A stretch of 63,977 nucleotides of DNA, counting the filler. It is 8 parts of 8 records of this genome, joined end to end, with 100 filler letters (N's around TTAATTAATTAA, not from the genome) between each part and the next. Parts side by side here need not be neighbours in the genome. Positions count along the whole stretch, not along the records: positions 17,418 to 28,919 come from SRR31156797_3731; positions 29,020 to 38,739 come from SRR31156797_3738; 6 more parts are not named here. One strand, written 5' to 3'. The notes beneath the pieces were generated by a model that worked only from the letters and a program-made list of their open reading frames with translations, was not told the DNA's origin and did no database searches. Below, in pieces: positions 18,493 to 29,446 of this stretch (position 1 is the stretch's first letter; every line of letters begins with the position of its first letter). The position numbers and the translations under genes were made by a program.

Positions 18493-19946
18493 TAGTAAAC
18501 TTCTGCCTTACCACTCGCCGCTATGTAAAGCTTTTCGTACTCCCTCGCTGATTTCGACCAGCCGAAGTCCATCTTCATAGCTCGTTTGCGCATTATCTCA
18601 ATGTGCTCCGGTCTGTCATAATAAGTGCTCACTGCCCAGCCGATAGTATCAAATAAAGCCTGTGAGCTTATAGCATTAAACTTAAACCCTGTCCCTTCAC
18701 CAGTCGCCTCTACATAGTTAGCCACAGTATCATCCAGCCCGCCAGTAGCACGGACGATAGGGAGCGTACCGTAGGCGAGAGAATACATCTGGTTCAAGCC
18801 GCAAGGTTCATATAGTGACGGCATAAGGAAGAAATCTGAGCCAGCCTCAACAAGATGCGCCATATCTTCGCTATAACCAATATAGCTGCCGACCTCTCCG
18901 GGAAATCTGCCCGGCAAACTACCGAAAAAGTCTTCATAATGCTGTTCACCCGAGCCAACTACGATAAACTGGCAAGCCATCTCGTGCATAGCACGCTCCA
19001 GAGCTGACTGGAGGAGATAAACACCCTTCTGATCTGCAAACCTGCCCACAAAACCGAAAAGAGCAACATCAGGGTCTTCTATCAGCCCGAATCTTTCCTG
19101 CAGATCCTGTTTAAGCTTCGCCTTTCTGCCAAGTGAGCGATGGGTAAAATTTATAGGTATATATGTATCTTTTGCAGGGTTCCAAACATCCGTATCTATC
19201 CCGTTAAGGATACCTTTCAGATCTGAGCCCCTCTGGTTAAGTATATCGTGCAGACCGGACGAGCCTATCGGACCTCTGATCTCGTCTGCATATTTCGGGC
19301 TTACAGTCGTGACCTTATCAGCGAAAGCTATCCCGCCTTTGAGCAGGTTAACCGAACCGAAAGACTCAAACCCCATGGCGTGCATATCTTCTTGAGCAAT
19401 ACCTGCGTACTCCATGAACTCAGAGCCGAAAATGCCCTGATAGCCGATGTTATGTATGGTCAGCACACTTGCAGTGCTATCAAAAAAAGGATCGTCTGAT
19501 TTTTTCAGATAATAAGGAACAAGCCCCGTCTGCCAGTCGTTAGCGTGCATAATATCAGGCATAAATTCTATATCTTTTGCCACCTGAAATGATGCTTTTG
19601 AGAGGAAGCTGAAACGGAACGGATTGTCGCCGTATTCACCAGCCTTTGTGTGGTATATCCCGTCTCTGTGGAAATATTTATCGAACTTTACAAAATAGAA
19701 ATCCACATCGCCTTCGTGAGCGTGATGAAGCGAATAAAACTCTTCGCAGTTGCCCATGTGGACACAGCAGCCGTGCATTATCTCTGTTATTCCGTATTTA
19801 ACTTCGTCTATGGATGAGTATAAAGGCATCACTACTTTGACATTATGATCTTTCGCAAGAGCCTTCGGGAGAGAGGAGCAGACATCCGCCAGCCCTCCTG
19901 TTTTCGCATAAGGAGCCGCTTCGCTGGTGACAAACATTATGTTCAT
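18489..19946 (-). CDS. glgA: glycogen synthase
   Basis: KTGGLADV, HANDWQT, TIHNIGYQG, GILNGID, MPSLYEPCGLNQ, RATGGLDDT. Confidence 0.96.
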   Translation of the reverse strand: MNIMFVTSEAAPYAKTGGLADVCSSLPKALAKDHNVKVVMPLYSSIDEVKYGITEIMHGCCVHMGNCEEFYSLHHAHEGDVDFYFVKFDKYFHRDGIYHTKAGEYGDNPFRFSFLSKASFQVAKDIEFMPDIMHANDWQTGLVPYYLKKSDDPFFDSTASVLTIHNIGYQGIFGSEFMEYAGIAQEDMHAMGFESFGSVNLLKGGIAFADKVTTVSPKYADEIRGPIGSSGLHDILNQRGSDLKGILNGIDTDVWNPAKDTYIPINFTHRSLGRKAKLKQDLQERFGLIEDPDVALFGFVGRFADQKGVYLLQSALERAMHEMACQFIVVGSGEQHYEDFFGSLPGRFPGEVGSYIGYSEDMAHLVEAGSDFFLMPSLYEPCGLNQMYSLAYGTLPIVRATGGLDDTVANYVEATGEGTGFKFNAISSQALFDTIGWAVSTYYDRPEHIEIMRKRAMKMDFGWSKSAREYEKLYIAASGKAEVYY

Positions 19947-20105
19947 TACATAACCTCACTAGGTGTCTTTCTCACACTTAAGGTTTAGCTCATTTTAATC
20001 TGGATGTCTATTCTGATTGTGATAAATTCAGGCGAAAGAATTGAGCCGCACCTGCTTGGCAGTCAGTAAACCTGCTCACCAAGCAAATGTGGCTGTATCT
20101 AATAT

Positions 20106-20993
20106 TTATTTTTCAGCTTTGATAGTCTGATTGATAACATTCTCTGCGATCGCTTTAAAAGCTTTTGCAGTAGGAGTATCTGACACCTCAAGAACGTAAG
20201 GCTTACCAGAATCACCCTGAACAACAACCATAGGATCGATCGGCACTCTTCCGAGGAAGTTTACGTCCATCTCCTTAGCTGCCTGCTCGCCGCCGCCTGA
20301 TTTAAACAGATCAACAGTTTCGCTACAGTGCGGACAGACCATGCCTGACATATTTTCCACTAGTCCGTAAAGAGGGATATCAAGCTTGCGTGCAAATGTA
20401 ATAGACTTTCTGGAATCAAGAAGAGCAACTTCCTGCGGTGTAGTCACCACTACAGCACCATCAACATTACCTTTACCGATGATATGAGCAACTGAGAGCG
20501 GCTCGTCACCTGTTCCAGGCGGAAGGTCGATAATGAGGAAATCAAGCTCGCCCCATTCAACATCGCTCATAAACTGCTCTATCATGCCGTGCTTAACAGG
20601 TGCACGCCAGATAACAGCGTCATCATCATCTTTCACAAGGAAACCAACGGACATAATCTTAAGCCCTTCGAGAGCCTCAAAAGGGAGAAGACCGTTCTCA
20701 TCGCTCTGAACACCCTTCTGTGTCATGCCGAACATCTTTGGAATGTTAGGACCGTGGATATCAGCATCGAGTATGCCGACTGAGAAACCGAGAGAGTGAA
20801 GAGCTGATGCGAGGGAAACAGACACAGTCGATTTACCTACGCCGCCTTTACCGCTCATTACCATAATCTTATATTTGATCTTAGACAGCCTTGCAGTTAG
20901 CATCGCTTGTTGATGCTGTTTCTTTTCATCCTCACCGCAACCGCTTTGCGTGTCGCATGAGCTGCATGAACTGCCGGAATTACAACTACTCAT
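20106..20993 (-). CDS. mrp: Mrp/NBP35 Fe-S cluster carrier ATPase
   Basis: SGKGGVGKST, DADIHGP, DLPPGTGD, VTTPQ, ENMS..CPHC. Confidence 0.93.
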   Translation of the reverse strand: MSSCNSGSSCSSCDTQSGCGEDEKKQHQQAMLTARLSKIKYKIMVMSGKGGVGKSTVSVSLASALHSLGFSVGILDADIHGPNIPKMFGMTQKGVQSDENGLLPFEALEGLKIMSVGFLVKDDDDAVIWRAPVKHGMIEQFMSDVEWGELDFLIIDLPPGTGDEPLSVAHIIGKGNVDGAVVVTTPQEVALLDSRKSITFARKLDIPLYGLVENMSGMVCPHCSETVDLFKSGGGEQAAKEMDVNFLGRVPIDPMVVVQGDSGKPYVLEVSDTPTAKAFKAIAENVINQTIKAEK

Positions 20994-21128
20994 GAAAATA
21001 CCTCCGTAGTGTATGGGTCACAGCTTTCAAATATATAAACTTTTGAATATTAATGCCATACCTTTTTAGCTATTTCTAGCCACATATTTTTATTGCCTGT
21101 TTAATACATTAACGCTATCATAGAATTT

Positions 21129-21539
21129 ATGAATACAGATTATCTTAAAGACGTTGAGCTTCTTAAACAGTTTTCTGTAATGCATGTTGAGGACGACACA
21201 AGTGTCCGTGAGAGTCTCATGCGTTTTTTAAAGAGGCGATTCGAAACTATTTATTCCGCCAAAGACGGCGCCGAAGGACTTGAGTTCTATAAAGAGCACA
21301 AGCCTGACATAGTTATTACCGACATCCAGATGCCTGTGATGGACGGTGTTGAAATGTCCCGCCTGATCAAAGAGATCAACCCTGATGCCCTTATCATCGT
21401 TACGACTGCATTCAATGAAAAGCCTTACATGGAAAAGACAGAAGAGATCGGCATCACCGAATATCTGAAAAAACCTGTTGTAAAAGACGACCTTATGGCT
21501 GCTCTTCGCAAATGCGCCTCGAGCCTATCACAAGCTTAG
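21129..21539 (+). CDS. single-domain response regulator
   Basis: VEDD, TDIQMPVMDG, TTA, KP. Confidence 0.9.
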   Translation: MNTDYLKDVELLKQFSVMHVEDDTSVRESLMRFLKRRFETIYSAKDGAEGLEFYKEHKPDIVITDIQMPVMDGVEMSRLIKEINPDALIIVTTAFNEKPYMEKTEEIGITEYLKKPVVKDDLMAALRKCASSLSQA

Positions 21540-21736
21540 CAGCTTGAGGCTTATCACAAGCTGGGTTAATCTTTAAAACTTCCACGCTTTTCGGTTCGTT
21601 TCACTCACCTGATGTCGTTGCGCTTTCAATTATTGTACCACTGATGATCACCATTAGGCGAGTAGCACGAGCCGCAAAAACTAAATAACACCAGCCAGTT
21701 CCACAACGAAACAACCTAGCCCACCGATGCTATCGG

Positions 21737-21937
21737 TTACCCGCCGCCGACGAAACGGATGAGTTCGATAACGTCCCCTTCGGAAGTTTTGATATCGTCA
21801 TATTTTAATTTATCAGGCAGTTCGCCATTAATCTCGACAACGACCGTCTCACGCTTCATGTCGTATTTATCTATTAGCTCGTTAAGGGTGAGAGCTGAGT
21901 CTAATGTCACTTCCTCACCGCTGAGTTGAATTTTCAT
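21737..21937 (-). CDS. thiS: sulfur carrier protein ThiS
   Basis: 66 aa ending IRFVGGG. Confidence 0.92.
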   Translation of the reverse strand: MKIQLSGEEVTLDSALTLNELIDKYDMKRETVVVEINGELPDKLKYDDIKTSEGDVIELIRFVGGG

Positions 21938-22741
21938 CTAATCCTCCAAAATGTCTGCCAGCATGTGGCGCACAGCAACATTCGCCTGTATCCCCGCCGC
22001 TATGGTCACACGAGTGGACATCAAGCCTCTGCCTATCTTCGCTTCCGACTCAAAATCACCGACGATCTTAACATTTTTACCCATATTTATCACCTTGAAA
22101 CTGTCGTGGGAGCCTAGCCCCGCTACACCTGATGCACCCACGATGAGCGATTCAGGATAAGCACGTGAGCTCTCGGTGACAAACATAGCCTTTGTCTGCG
22201 CTCCGTCAAAAGCCTCTATGATTACGTCACAACCGTCAAAAAGTCCGGCGATGTTCTCCTTCTCTATATATAAATCTTTCATTTCATATTTGATATAAGG
22301 GTTAACACGTTTGAGGTTTGCTAGTGTTGCATCTGTTTTTTTCATGCCTATCTGGTCTATGTAATACTGTTGGCGGTTAATATTAGACGGCACAACTACA
22401 TCGAAATCTATGAGAAGCAGTTCACTCACATTCATCCGTGCCAGTGTGAGAGCTATGTTAGACCCGAGTCCGCCCAGACCGCAAACAGCCATCCGGCACT
22501 TCTTAAGGCGCTCAGCAACTTTAGGTGTGTGGCGTGCAGTGATAAGTGCCTCCATCTCCGACTCGTCAGGGATCTCGCCACGTTTAATCAGGTGGAACAC
22601 ATCTCCATCCAGGACAGGAGAGTCCGGCTGAACTATGTGCCCGTTCTGTATGATAATATCAGTGTCCGGCTTGCACATGGAGACAACATCCCCTGCGCAC
22701 CCTTCAATCTGAACCTCTTTCTCATTTACCAAAATCTTCAA
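21938..22741 (-). CDS. thiF: ThiS adenylyltransferase ThiF with N-terminal ThiS-like domain
   Basis: GLGGLGS, DFDVVVPSNINRQQY, EAFD; TTG start. Confidence 0.9.
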   Translation of the reverse strand: MKILVNEKEVQIEGCAGDVVSMCKPDTDIIIQNGHIVQPDSPVLDGDVFHLIKRGEIPDESEMEALITARHTPKVAERLKKCRMAVCGLGGLGSNIALTLARMNVSELLLIDFDVVVPSNINRQQYYIDQIGMKKTDATLANLKRVNPYIKYEMKDLYIEKENIAGLFDGCDVIIEAFDGAQTKAMFVTESSRAYPESLIVGASGVAGLGSHDSFKVINMGKNVKIVGDFESEAKIGRGLMSTRVTIAAGIQANVAVRHMLADILED

Positions 22742-24425
22742 TTACAAAATCCCCCGTTTCACTAAGCAGATAAGTCTTATCTGTTGTACACTTATTCTTA
22801 TATAATATGTGCACCCTGTCGTCGTCACATTTATATGTGTTTGATCTGGTATGATATATCGCTTTGCAGGTTTCATCAACCGAGTTTACGCACACCCCAC
22901 CGTAGTCTTCGCCCTCTTTGGAGATAGGGATAAATATGTTATCACTGCCATAGATGTTTATCGAGCCTGTGTCTGCTGATTCCACCCCAAGCTTTGCCAG
23001 ATACGGGATAAATCTGTACATAAAGTCGCTGTGATGCCCTCTATAAAAAATATGTGTCTTCTCAGCCACTATTACAAAACCTTTCGATCGCCCCATATTC
23101 GGAAAGAAACCACCATCGTGCACCTTTGTCGGCAAGTACGGAACCAACAGCAGAATCATTGCGAACCACATGATTCTCAGCCTTATGCAGATATAAAGAA
23201 ACAAAAACATCAACAACGAGAATATCAGCTCTGTCTTATAAAGAGTGAACGCTACATCAAAATAATTCGCGAAAACATCTATCAGCCAGAGGTGTATTTT
23301 TTCTAATAATATCAAAGGCTCAAGAGCTACAGAAGGCATTACAAGATATATCAGAAAACATATCACCTGAGCGGAGAGCACAGGAATAAGTATCGGCGTT
23401 GTTAGCACAGAAGAAACATTCACCGAACCGAACAGAGCGGACGAAGCTGGTAGTATAAACGCCGTAGCCACCAGACCAACGGTAAACGGCGTAAAGAATT
23501 TATGTGCACGCAATTGGTTCAGGTGCAAAAGCCCGTAAACAGCAGAAAAAGACAGTATAAAAGAGGGAGAAGTAATCATTGACGGAGAAACCAGTACAAA
23601 AACGCCAGCAAAAAACAGTAACAGTTTGCGGTAATCTGTGGAAAAATCGAGAAAGCGTGCCGTAACTATAGAGAAACCTATCAAACCAGCACGAAGCACA
23701 GGAATCTTAAAGCCTGTAAACGGTATCAAAAGAAGCAGCATTAAGCCCGCTGGTATGAGCCTTAATTTATACGGCAGAAAACCGAACAGGAAATAACACA
23801 CCATGGCGTAAAGCCCAACATGTAACCCCGAAATAGCAAGCAGATGCGCAAGCCCGGTGAGTAGATATTTGTCCTTCGTACTGCTGTCGAGGTACTGCTT
23901 ATCACCGAGCACCACTCCCTGAGTGAGCCGCAGTTCGCCGCCACTAGCTTCAAAAAACTCACTGGATAAGTTTTGGCGAAAATTAAGTATGCCAGACATT
24001 AGAGGAACAGAGATAACATGAAGTTTCTCATCAGCTATGTTGTAACCTCTGGCGAACCTGCCGTTACCCTCTCCGGAATATTTTCTACTGCCTAACTTAC
24101 CATAAACAATATCCCCCGCTCTAAGTTTCTGATCTGTCACCAGCGAACCAGAGGTTGTAGAGTAAAGATGTTTATCGCCGCTTCCTACCTTTTCCCCTGT
24201 AATAAGCAGAGCATTTGAGGCGAAGAGATAGAGCACAACTATCACCAGAGAAATAACCAGACCTGACTTTTTGCGTATAAAAAAAAGCGGGATAGCGAAT
24301 GCTGAAACTGCACCAGCAAAATGACTGGGATATAAGACAAAAGCAGAAAAAAGAGAGAGCAGAAAGAAAATCTCCACCCTGCCGTGCCCAATAATAAACA
24401 ACTGGTATACAAGCTTTTTCATCAT
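22722..24425 (-). CDS. comEC: ComEC/Rec2 family competence protein
   Basis: VVLGDK, GLAHLLAISGLHVG, PVLRA, SFILSFSAV; no recognisable metallo-beta-lactamase HxHxDH motif. Confidence 0.85.
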   Translation of the reverse strand: MMKKLVYQLFIIGHGRVEIFFLLSLFSAFVLYPSHFAGAVSAFAIPLFFIRKKSGLVISLVIVVLYLFASNALLITGEKVGSGDKHLYSTTSGSLVTDQKLRAGDIVYGKLGSRKYSGEGNGRFARGYNIADEKLHVISVPLMSGILNFRQNLSSEFFEASGGELRLTQGVVLGDKQYLDSSTKDKYLLTGLAHLLAISGLHVGLYAMVCYFLFGFLPYKLRLIPAGLMLLLLIPFTGFKIPVLRAGLIGFSIVTARFLDFSTDYRKLLLFFAGVFVLVSPSMITSPSFILSFSAVYGLLHLNQLRAHKFFTPFTVGLVATAFILPASSALFGSVNVSSVLTTPILIPVLSAQVICFLIYLVMPSVALEPLILLEKIHLWLIDVFANYFDVAFTLYKTELIFSLLMFLFLYICIRLRIMWFAMILLLVPYLPTKVHDGGFFPNMGRSKGFVIVAEKTHIFYRGHHSDFMYRFIPYLAKLGVESADTGSINIYGSDNIFIPISKEGEDYGGVCVNSVDETCKAIYHTRSNTYKCDDDRVHILYKNKCTTDKTYLLSETGDFVIEDFGK

Positions 24426-24523
24426 ACCCCTACATAACATATGCTAGCTAATTGTAGTGCATTTAGGGTTCCATATAAAGTCTGTTTTTGATAGAATATG
24501 GCATCGAAAAATCGGGATTTTAT

Positions 24524-27500
24524 ATGAGCAACAATAAAGATTTTGTACATTTACATTTACATACACAGTATTCACTCCTCGACGGGGCAATTCTCGTCGG
24601 TGACCTTATGCAGAAGATAAAAGAGACCGGAATGACCCCTATGGTGGGAATTTCCGACCACGGAACTATGCACGGTATCGTGGATTTTTACCGTCAGGCG
24701 CTGGCGAACGACATCAAACCTATCCTCGGGTGCGAGGTTTATGTCGCCCCTGATAATAGATTCAACACCAAATATGAGCGTGGACAGGAGAGGAATAATC
24801 ACCTTGTCCTTCAGGCGGTTAACAATAAAGGGTTATCCAACCTTCAAAAACTTGTGTCACTGGCGCAGTTTGAGGGATTCCACTATAAACCACGTGTAGA
24901 TAAAGAGATACTGGATAAATATTCTGAGGGTATAATAGGTCTGTCCGCTTGCCTCGCAGGTGAGATTCCTAGAAAAATCATGCGTGACCAGTACGACGAG
25001 GCTGTTGCGGCGGCTCACGAATATCGTGATATCTTCGGTAAGGATAACTTTTTCCTAGAGATTCAGGAGAACGGCATCGAAGAGCAGCTGATGGTCAACC
25101 GGAACATCATCAAGATGTCACGTGATTCCGGCATACCACTTGTCGCCACAAACGACTGTCACTACTTAAATAAAGGCGATCACCTCTCACACGAGGTGCT
25201 AATCTGCATCCAGACTCAATCCACTATCAACAGCCCTAACAGGTTCGAGATTCACTCCGACCAGCTCTGGGTGAAAACCGGCGAAGAGATGTGGCAGGCT
25301 TTCGGCGAAGTGCCGGACGCACTCACAAATACTGTTGAAATAGCAAATAGATGCACCTCATCTATTACATTCGGCGAGCTTCACTTACCAGAGTATGAAG
25401 TCCCCGAAGGCTACTCAATCGCAAGTTACCTTGAGCACCTTTCACGAAAAGGTCTTCACGAAAAACTGGCGAAAATACCGTCCGATCAGCATCAGGTATA
25501 CTACGACCGTCTTCAGGAAGAGCTTGACGTCATCATCGGTAAAAACTTTGCAGGATACTTCCTCATTGTATGGGATTTCATGAATTATTCCCGTGAGGTC
25601 GGCATTCCGGTTGGACCTGGGCGTGGCTCCGGTGCGGGCTCACTTGTAGCATACACCCTTGGTATCACAGACCTCGACCCTATACATTTCAAACTGCTTT
25701 TTGAGCGTTTCCTTAACCCGGAAAGAGAATCAATGCCCGACTTTGATATCGACTTTTGTGTACGTGGTCGTGAGCAGGTAATCAAATACGTCCGTGAAAA
25801 GTACGGCGACGACAGGGTTTCTCAGATCATAACTTTCGGTAAGCTTCTCGGGCGAAGCACCGTCCGTGATGTTGGTCGAGTGCTCGAGGTTCCGCTCCCT
25901 ATCGTAGATAAACTAGCTAAGGCGATTCCTGCTGACCCGGGGATGACACTTCGGAAAGCTCTTAAAAAAGATGATGAACTAAAGAAGGCTTTCCAGTCAG
26001 TTGAGCAGGGTGAGCTTATCCTTAATCACGCAGTCAAGCTAGAAGGGCTTGTGCGAAACACCGGTATGCACGCTGCGGGTGTAATCATTTCTGATCAGCC
26101 GCTTGATGAATATGTCCCGCTATGCCGTGGGCAGAATAATGAGGTAATCTCACAATTTGAGAAAGATACCATGGAAAGCGTGGGGCTGGTTAAATTCGAC
26201 TTCCTGGGTTTGAACAACCTCACCATCATTGACGAAGCGATTAAACAGATAAAAAAGAACAGAGGTGAGGATCTCGATATAACGAGAATACCTCTTGATA
26301 ATAAAGAAGTTTTCGACCTATTAAGCAGGGGGGATGCCACAGGTGTTTTCCAGCTTGAGAGTTCGGGAATGAAGAACCTGCTTAAAAAACTTAAACCTGA
26401 AACATTCGAAGATATCATCGCCCTTGTGGCACTTTACCGTCCGGGACCTATGGAGTCGGGGATGCTCGATTCTTTTGTTAAACGTAAATATGGCGAGGAA
26501 GAGATAGAGTATATCTTTGACGACCTTGAGGAAATTCTCACAGAGACCAGAGGGGTTGTTATCTATCAGGAGCAGGTAATGCAGATCGCCCAGATCATCG
26601 GCGGTTACTCACTTGGAGCTGCGGATATCCTACGCCGTGCCATGGGTAAAAAGAAAGCCGCTGAAATGGACAAACAGAAAGAATTCTTCCTCTACGGCGA
26701 CGGTAATACAATTGCAGGTGCAAAAACCCGTGGTTACGACATGGTCAAAGCGGAGGATCTATTTGATAAGCTGGCTAAGTTTGCTGGTTACGGATTTAAC
26801 AAATCACACTCCGCCGCATACGCACTAATCAGTTACCAGACAGCTTACCTTAAGGCTCTTTACCCTGTGGAATATATGGCTGCGATACTCTCCTGCGAGA
26901 TCGACAAAGGGGAGAAAATCGTAACCTTCACCGAAGAGTGCAAGACCATGGGGATTGATGTTCTGCCGCCTAATATCAATAAATCAGGCGTAAACTTTGA
27001 GATCGAAGGGAAAAGTATACATTTCGGGCTGGGCGCTATCAAAGGTGTCGGTATTAACGCCATTGAATCCGCCCTGAAAGAACGTGACGATAATGGTGAA
27101 TTTAAAAATATATATGATTTCTGTGAGCGTGTCGATCTGCGTGCTTGCAATAAACGAGTGCTCGAAGCCCTTGTTAAAGCTGGCGCTTTCGACTGCTCTG
27201 GCAAAAACCGCAGACAGAACCTTCAGGTGCTGGAGCGAGCCCTTGATGAAGGTCAGCGCAAGCAGAAGATGGCTGAGCAAGGGATACAGTCCCTCGAGGC
27301 TTTCCTTATGGACGAGGATGAGAGCGAAGAGGAAGTTTACTTCTTCCCTGATGTAGACGAGATGCCGGAGAACGAACTCCTTAAAATGGAGAAAGAAGTT
27401 CTCGACTTTTACATCAGTAATCACCCGCTTGCGATTTACAATAATATACTCAAAACCTTTGCGCTCCCTATAGGCGAAGTGAAAGACCCAAGCACTGACG

Positions 27501-28057
27501 GCGACTGTGTAGTTGGCGGGCTTATCAAAAATGTTAAGCGAATTGTCACCAAAAAGAAGGGCGAAAAGATGGCTTTTGTCAACATTGAGGACATGGACTC
27601 TGAGGTTGAGGTTGTTGTTTTTCCACGTACTTTTGAACAGTACCAGCGCCACCTTGAAAACGACAAAATCGTTATCATCGCAGGTAAAATAGAACATAAA
27701 GAAGACAACACCGTCATCATGGCGGATAAGATAATGGACGTCACAGAAGCTATGGAGATGCTCACCGAGCAGGTCACAATTAACATGACATCTGTCGGCA
27801 TGACATCTGAGATACTAAGCAGCCTTAAGACTATTCTAGGTACACATAACGGTGACGTACCTGTTAAGCTGAGGCTCGAAAAACCTAAACATTTTGCTGT
27901 TCACATAAGCACAGGTCAGGATTTCTGTATCAAACCAGGGTATGATTTTTATAACGAAATAGACTCGCTGCTCGGCAAAGAGAGATATGAAATAAAATCG
28001 AAAGCTTACGAGCACGAGAAACGCAAAAATAACTATCGTAAGGATAAGTCTGCATGA
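24524..28057 (+). CDS. dnaE: DNA polymerase III alpha subunit
   Basis: HLHLHTQYSLLDG, GPGRGSGAGS, PDFDIDF, GLVKFDFLGL, FAGYGFNKSH. Confidence 0.98.
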   Translation: MSNNKDFVHLHLHTQYSLLDGAILVGDLMQKIKETGMTPMVGISDHGTMHGIVDFYRQALANDIKPILGCEVYVAPDNRFNTKYERGQERNNHLVLQAVNNKGLSNLQKLVSLAQFEGFHYKPRVDKEILDKYSEGIIGLSACLAGEIPRKIMRDQYDEAVAAAHEYRDIFGKDNFFLEIQENGIEEQLMVNRNIIKMSRDSGIPLVATNDCHYLNKGDHLSHEVLICIQTQSTINSPNRFEIHSDQLWVKTGEEMWQAFGEVPDALTNTVEIANRCTSSITFGELHLPEYEVPEGYSIASYLEHLSRKGLHEKLAKIPSDQHQVYYDRLQEELDVIIGKNFAGYFLIVWDFMNYSREVGIPVGPGRGSGAGSLVAYTLGITDLDPIHFKLLFERFLNPERESMPDFDIDFCVRGREQVIKYVREKYGDDRVSQIITFGKLLGRSTVRDVGRVLEVPLPIVDKLAKAIPADPGMTLRKALKKDDELKKAFQSVEQGELILNHAVKLEGLVRNTGMHAAGVIISDQPLDEYVPLCRGQNNEVISQFEKDTMESVGLVKFDFLGLNNLTIIDEAIKQIKKNRGEDLDITRIPLDNKEVFDLLSRGDATGVFQLESSGMKNLLKKLKPETFEDIIALVALYRPGPMESGMLDSFVKRKYGEEEIEYIFDDLEEILTETRGVVIYQEQVMQIAQIIGGYSLGAADILRRAMGKKKAAEMDKQKEFFLYGDGNTIAGAKTRGYDMVKAEDLFDKLAKFAGYGFNKSHSAAYALISYQTAYLKALYPVEYMAAILSCEIDKGEKIVTFTEECKTMGIDVLPPNINKSGVNFEIEGKSIHFGLGAIKGVGINAIESALKERDDNGEFKNIYDFCERVDLRACNKRVLEALVKAGAFDCSGKNRRQNLQVLERALDEGQRKQKMAEQGIQSLEAFLMDEDESEEEVYFFPDVDEMPENELLKMEKEVLDFYISNHPLAIYNNILKTFALPIGEVKDPSTDGDCVVGGLIKNVKRIVTKKKGEKMAFVNIEDMDSEVEVVVFPRTFEQYQRHLENDKIVIIAGKIEHKEDNTVIMADKIMDVTEAMEMLTEQVTINMTSVGMTSEILSSLKTILGTHNGDVPVKLRLEKPKHFAVHISTGQDFCIKPGYDFYNEIDSLLGKERYEIKSKAYEHEKRKNNYRKDKSA

Positions 28058-28848
28058 TAAAACGAGCACTTACTATCGCCGGTTCTGACTGCGGCGGCGG
28101 GGCGGGCATCCAGGCGGATATTAAATCTATGAGCGCAAACGGGGTATTCGCCATGAGCGTCATCACTGCTGTCACTGCGCAGAACACTACAGGTGTTCAG
28201 GGGTATGTTGACGTACCGCTAGAGTTCATCGACATGCAGATAGATTCGATCTTCTCTGACATAGTGCCTGACGCTGTTAAGACAGGAATGCTTTCTAACC
28301 CGGACACGGTCGCACTTGTTGCGAGAAAACTCCATGAGTATAAGGTGAAGAACCTCGTTGTCGATCCTGTGATGATAGCAAAAGGCGGCTCTCCTCTCCT
28401 TAAGGAAGATGCTGTTTCCAATATGGTGGGGATGCTTTTTCCGCAAGCTGCTCTGATAACACCTAACATACCGGAGGCTGAGTTTGTAACTGGGCAGAAG
28501 ATAGTTTCATCTGCTGATATGCAGGATGTATGCATACAACTCACAGACCTCGGCGCAAGGGCTGTCCTTTTAAAAGGTGGTCATATGGGGACTATTGAGG
28601 CGAACGATCTTCTCTTTGACGGTGAAGATTTCCATACATTCACAAGTAAGCGTATCGACACTAAAAATACACACGGAACAGGCTGCTCACTAGCATCAGC
28701 CATCGCATCCAACCTTGCCAAGGAGATGTCCGTATATGATGCTGTAAAGGGAGCTAAAGACTACATCCAAGGCGCCATAGAGCACGCTGACGAGCTTGGC
28801 ATAGGCTCAGGTCATGGTCCTGTCCATCATTTTCACAAATATTATTAA
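28054..28848 (+). CDS. thiD: hydroxymethylpyrimidine/phosphomethylpyrimidine kinase
   Basis: TIAGSDCGGGAGIQADIK, VDPVM, LKGGH, THGTGC. Confidence 0.95.
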   Translation: MIKRALTIAGSDCGGGAGIQADIKSMSANGVFAMSVITAVTAQNTTGVQGYVDVPLEFIDMQIDSIFSDIVPDAVKTGMLSNPDTVALVARKLHEYKVKNLVVDPVMIAKGGSPLLKEDAVSNMVGMLFPQAALITPNIPEAEFVTGQKIVSSADMQDVCIQLTDLGARAVLLKGGHMGTIEANDLLFDGEDFHTFTSKRIDTKNTHGTGCSLASAIASNLAKEMSVYDAVKGAKDYIQGAIEHADELGIGSGHGPVHHFHKYY

Positions 28849-28863
28849 ATAATCTACGGGATA

Positions 28864-28890
28864 AGTTCCTTCGCATCCACTCAGGATGAC
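28864..28890. repeat. single REP-like arm of the same family as 5426-5536
   Basis: Reverse complement gtcatcctgagtggatgcgaaggaact matches gtcatcctgagcgtagcgaaggacct. Confidence 0.6.
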
Positions 28891-28919
28891 TATAAAAATA
28901 TCTTCCATAAACAAATAAT

Positions 28920-29019
28920 NNNNNNNNNNNNNNNNNNNNNNNNNNNNNNNNNNNNNNNNNNNNTTAATTAATTAANNNNNNNNNNNNNNNNNNNNNNNNN
29001 NNNNNNNNNNNNNNNNNNN
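28920..29019. other. artificial contig spacer
   Basis: N44-TTAATTAATTAA-N44. Confidence 0.99.
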
Positions 29020-29357
29020 ACCGGTTAGTTCAGTTCTTTCATATAAAATAGAGAAAGATAATCAGTTATGCGGGTGAATGGATCTGGGCAATTTCAGGCA
29101 ATTCATCCATCGCCGCTGCCAGGCAATCATGGCCAAAAGAAAAATACTGGACCAGACATTTGGGTGACATAAAATGTCAAAGGCATTGACTGAATGCAAC
29201 GGTTTCCAGTAGGCCGGTAAAAAGCCTCATATCCCCAAAAAAGCCAGCTCGAACAACACTCCTTTACACTATGTTTCATTTTTCTTTTCTGATTTTAATG
29301 TACTCTTCTATGTATTTAAAGCAAGTTTGACAAGCAAAATAAACAGTGTAATTCTTA

Positions 29358-29386
29358 TTGACCCCCTGATCGTTACTGGCTACAAT
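29358..29386 (+). promoter_or_regulatory. sigma70-type promoter upstream of the higB relic and bcsA
   Basis: TTGACC-17 nt-TACAAT. Confidence 0.6.
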
Positions 29387-29389
29387 CAC

Positions 29390-29446
29390 ATGACGATTCA
29401 GAATTTCAAACATAAAGGGCTCAAAAAAATATCCATAAGTCCCTAG
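29390..29446 (+). pseudogene. truncated HigB-type toxin N-terminus
   Basis: MTIQNFKHKGLKK(ISISP*) resembles the HigB N-terminal signature MIxxFxHKGLxx. Confidence 0.55.

Noticed and set aside
21520-21736. Short direct repeat TATCACAAGCT and a 200-bp gap between the response regulator and thiS
   Set aside because: Only two short copies and no recognisable RNA structure; not enough for an ncRNA call.
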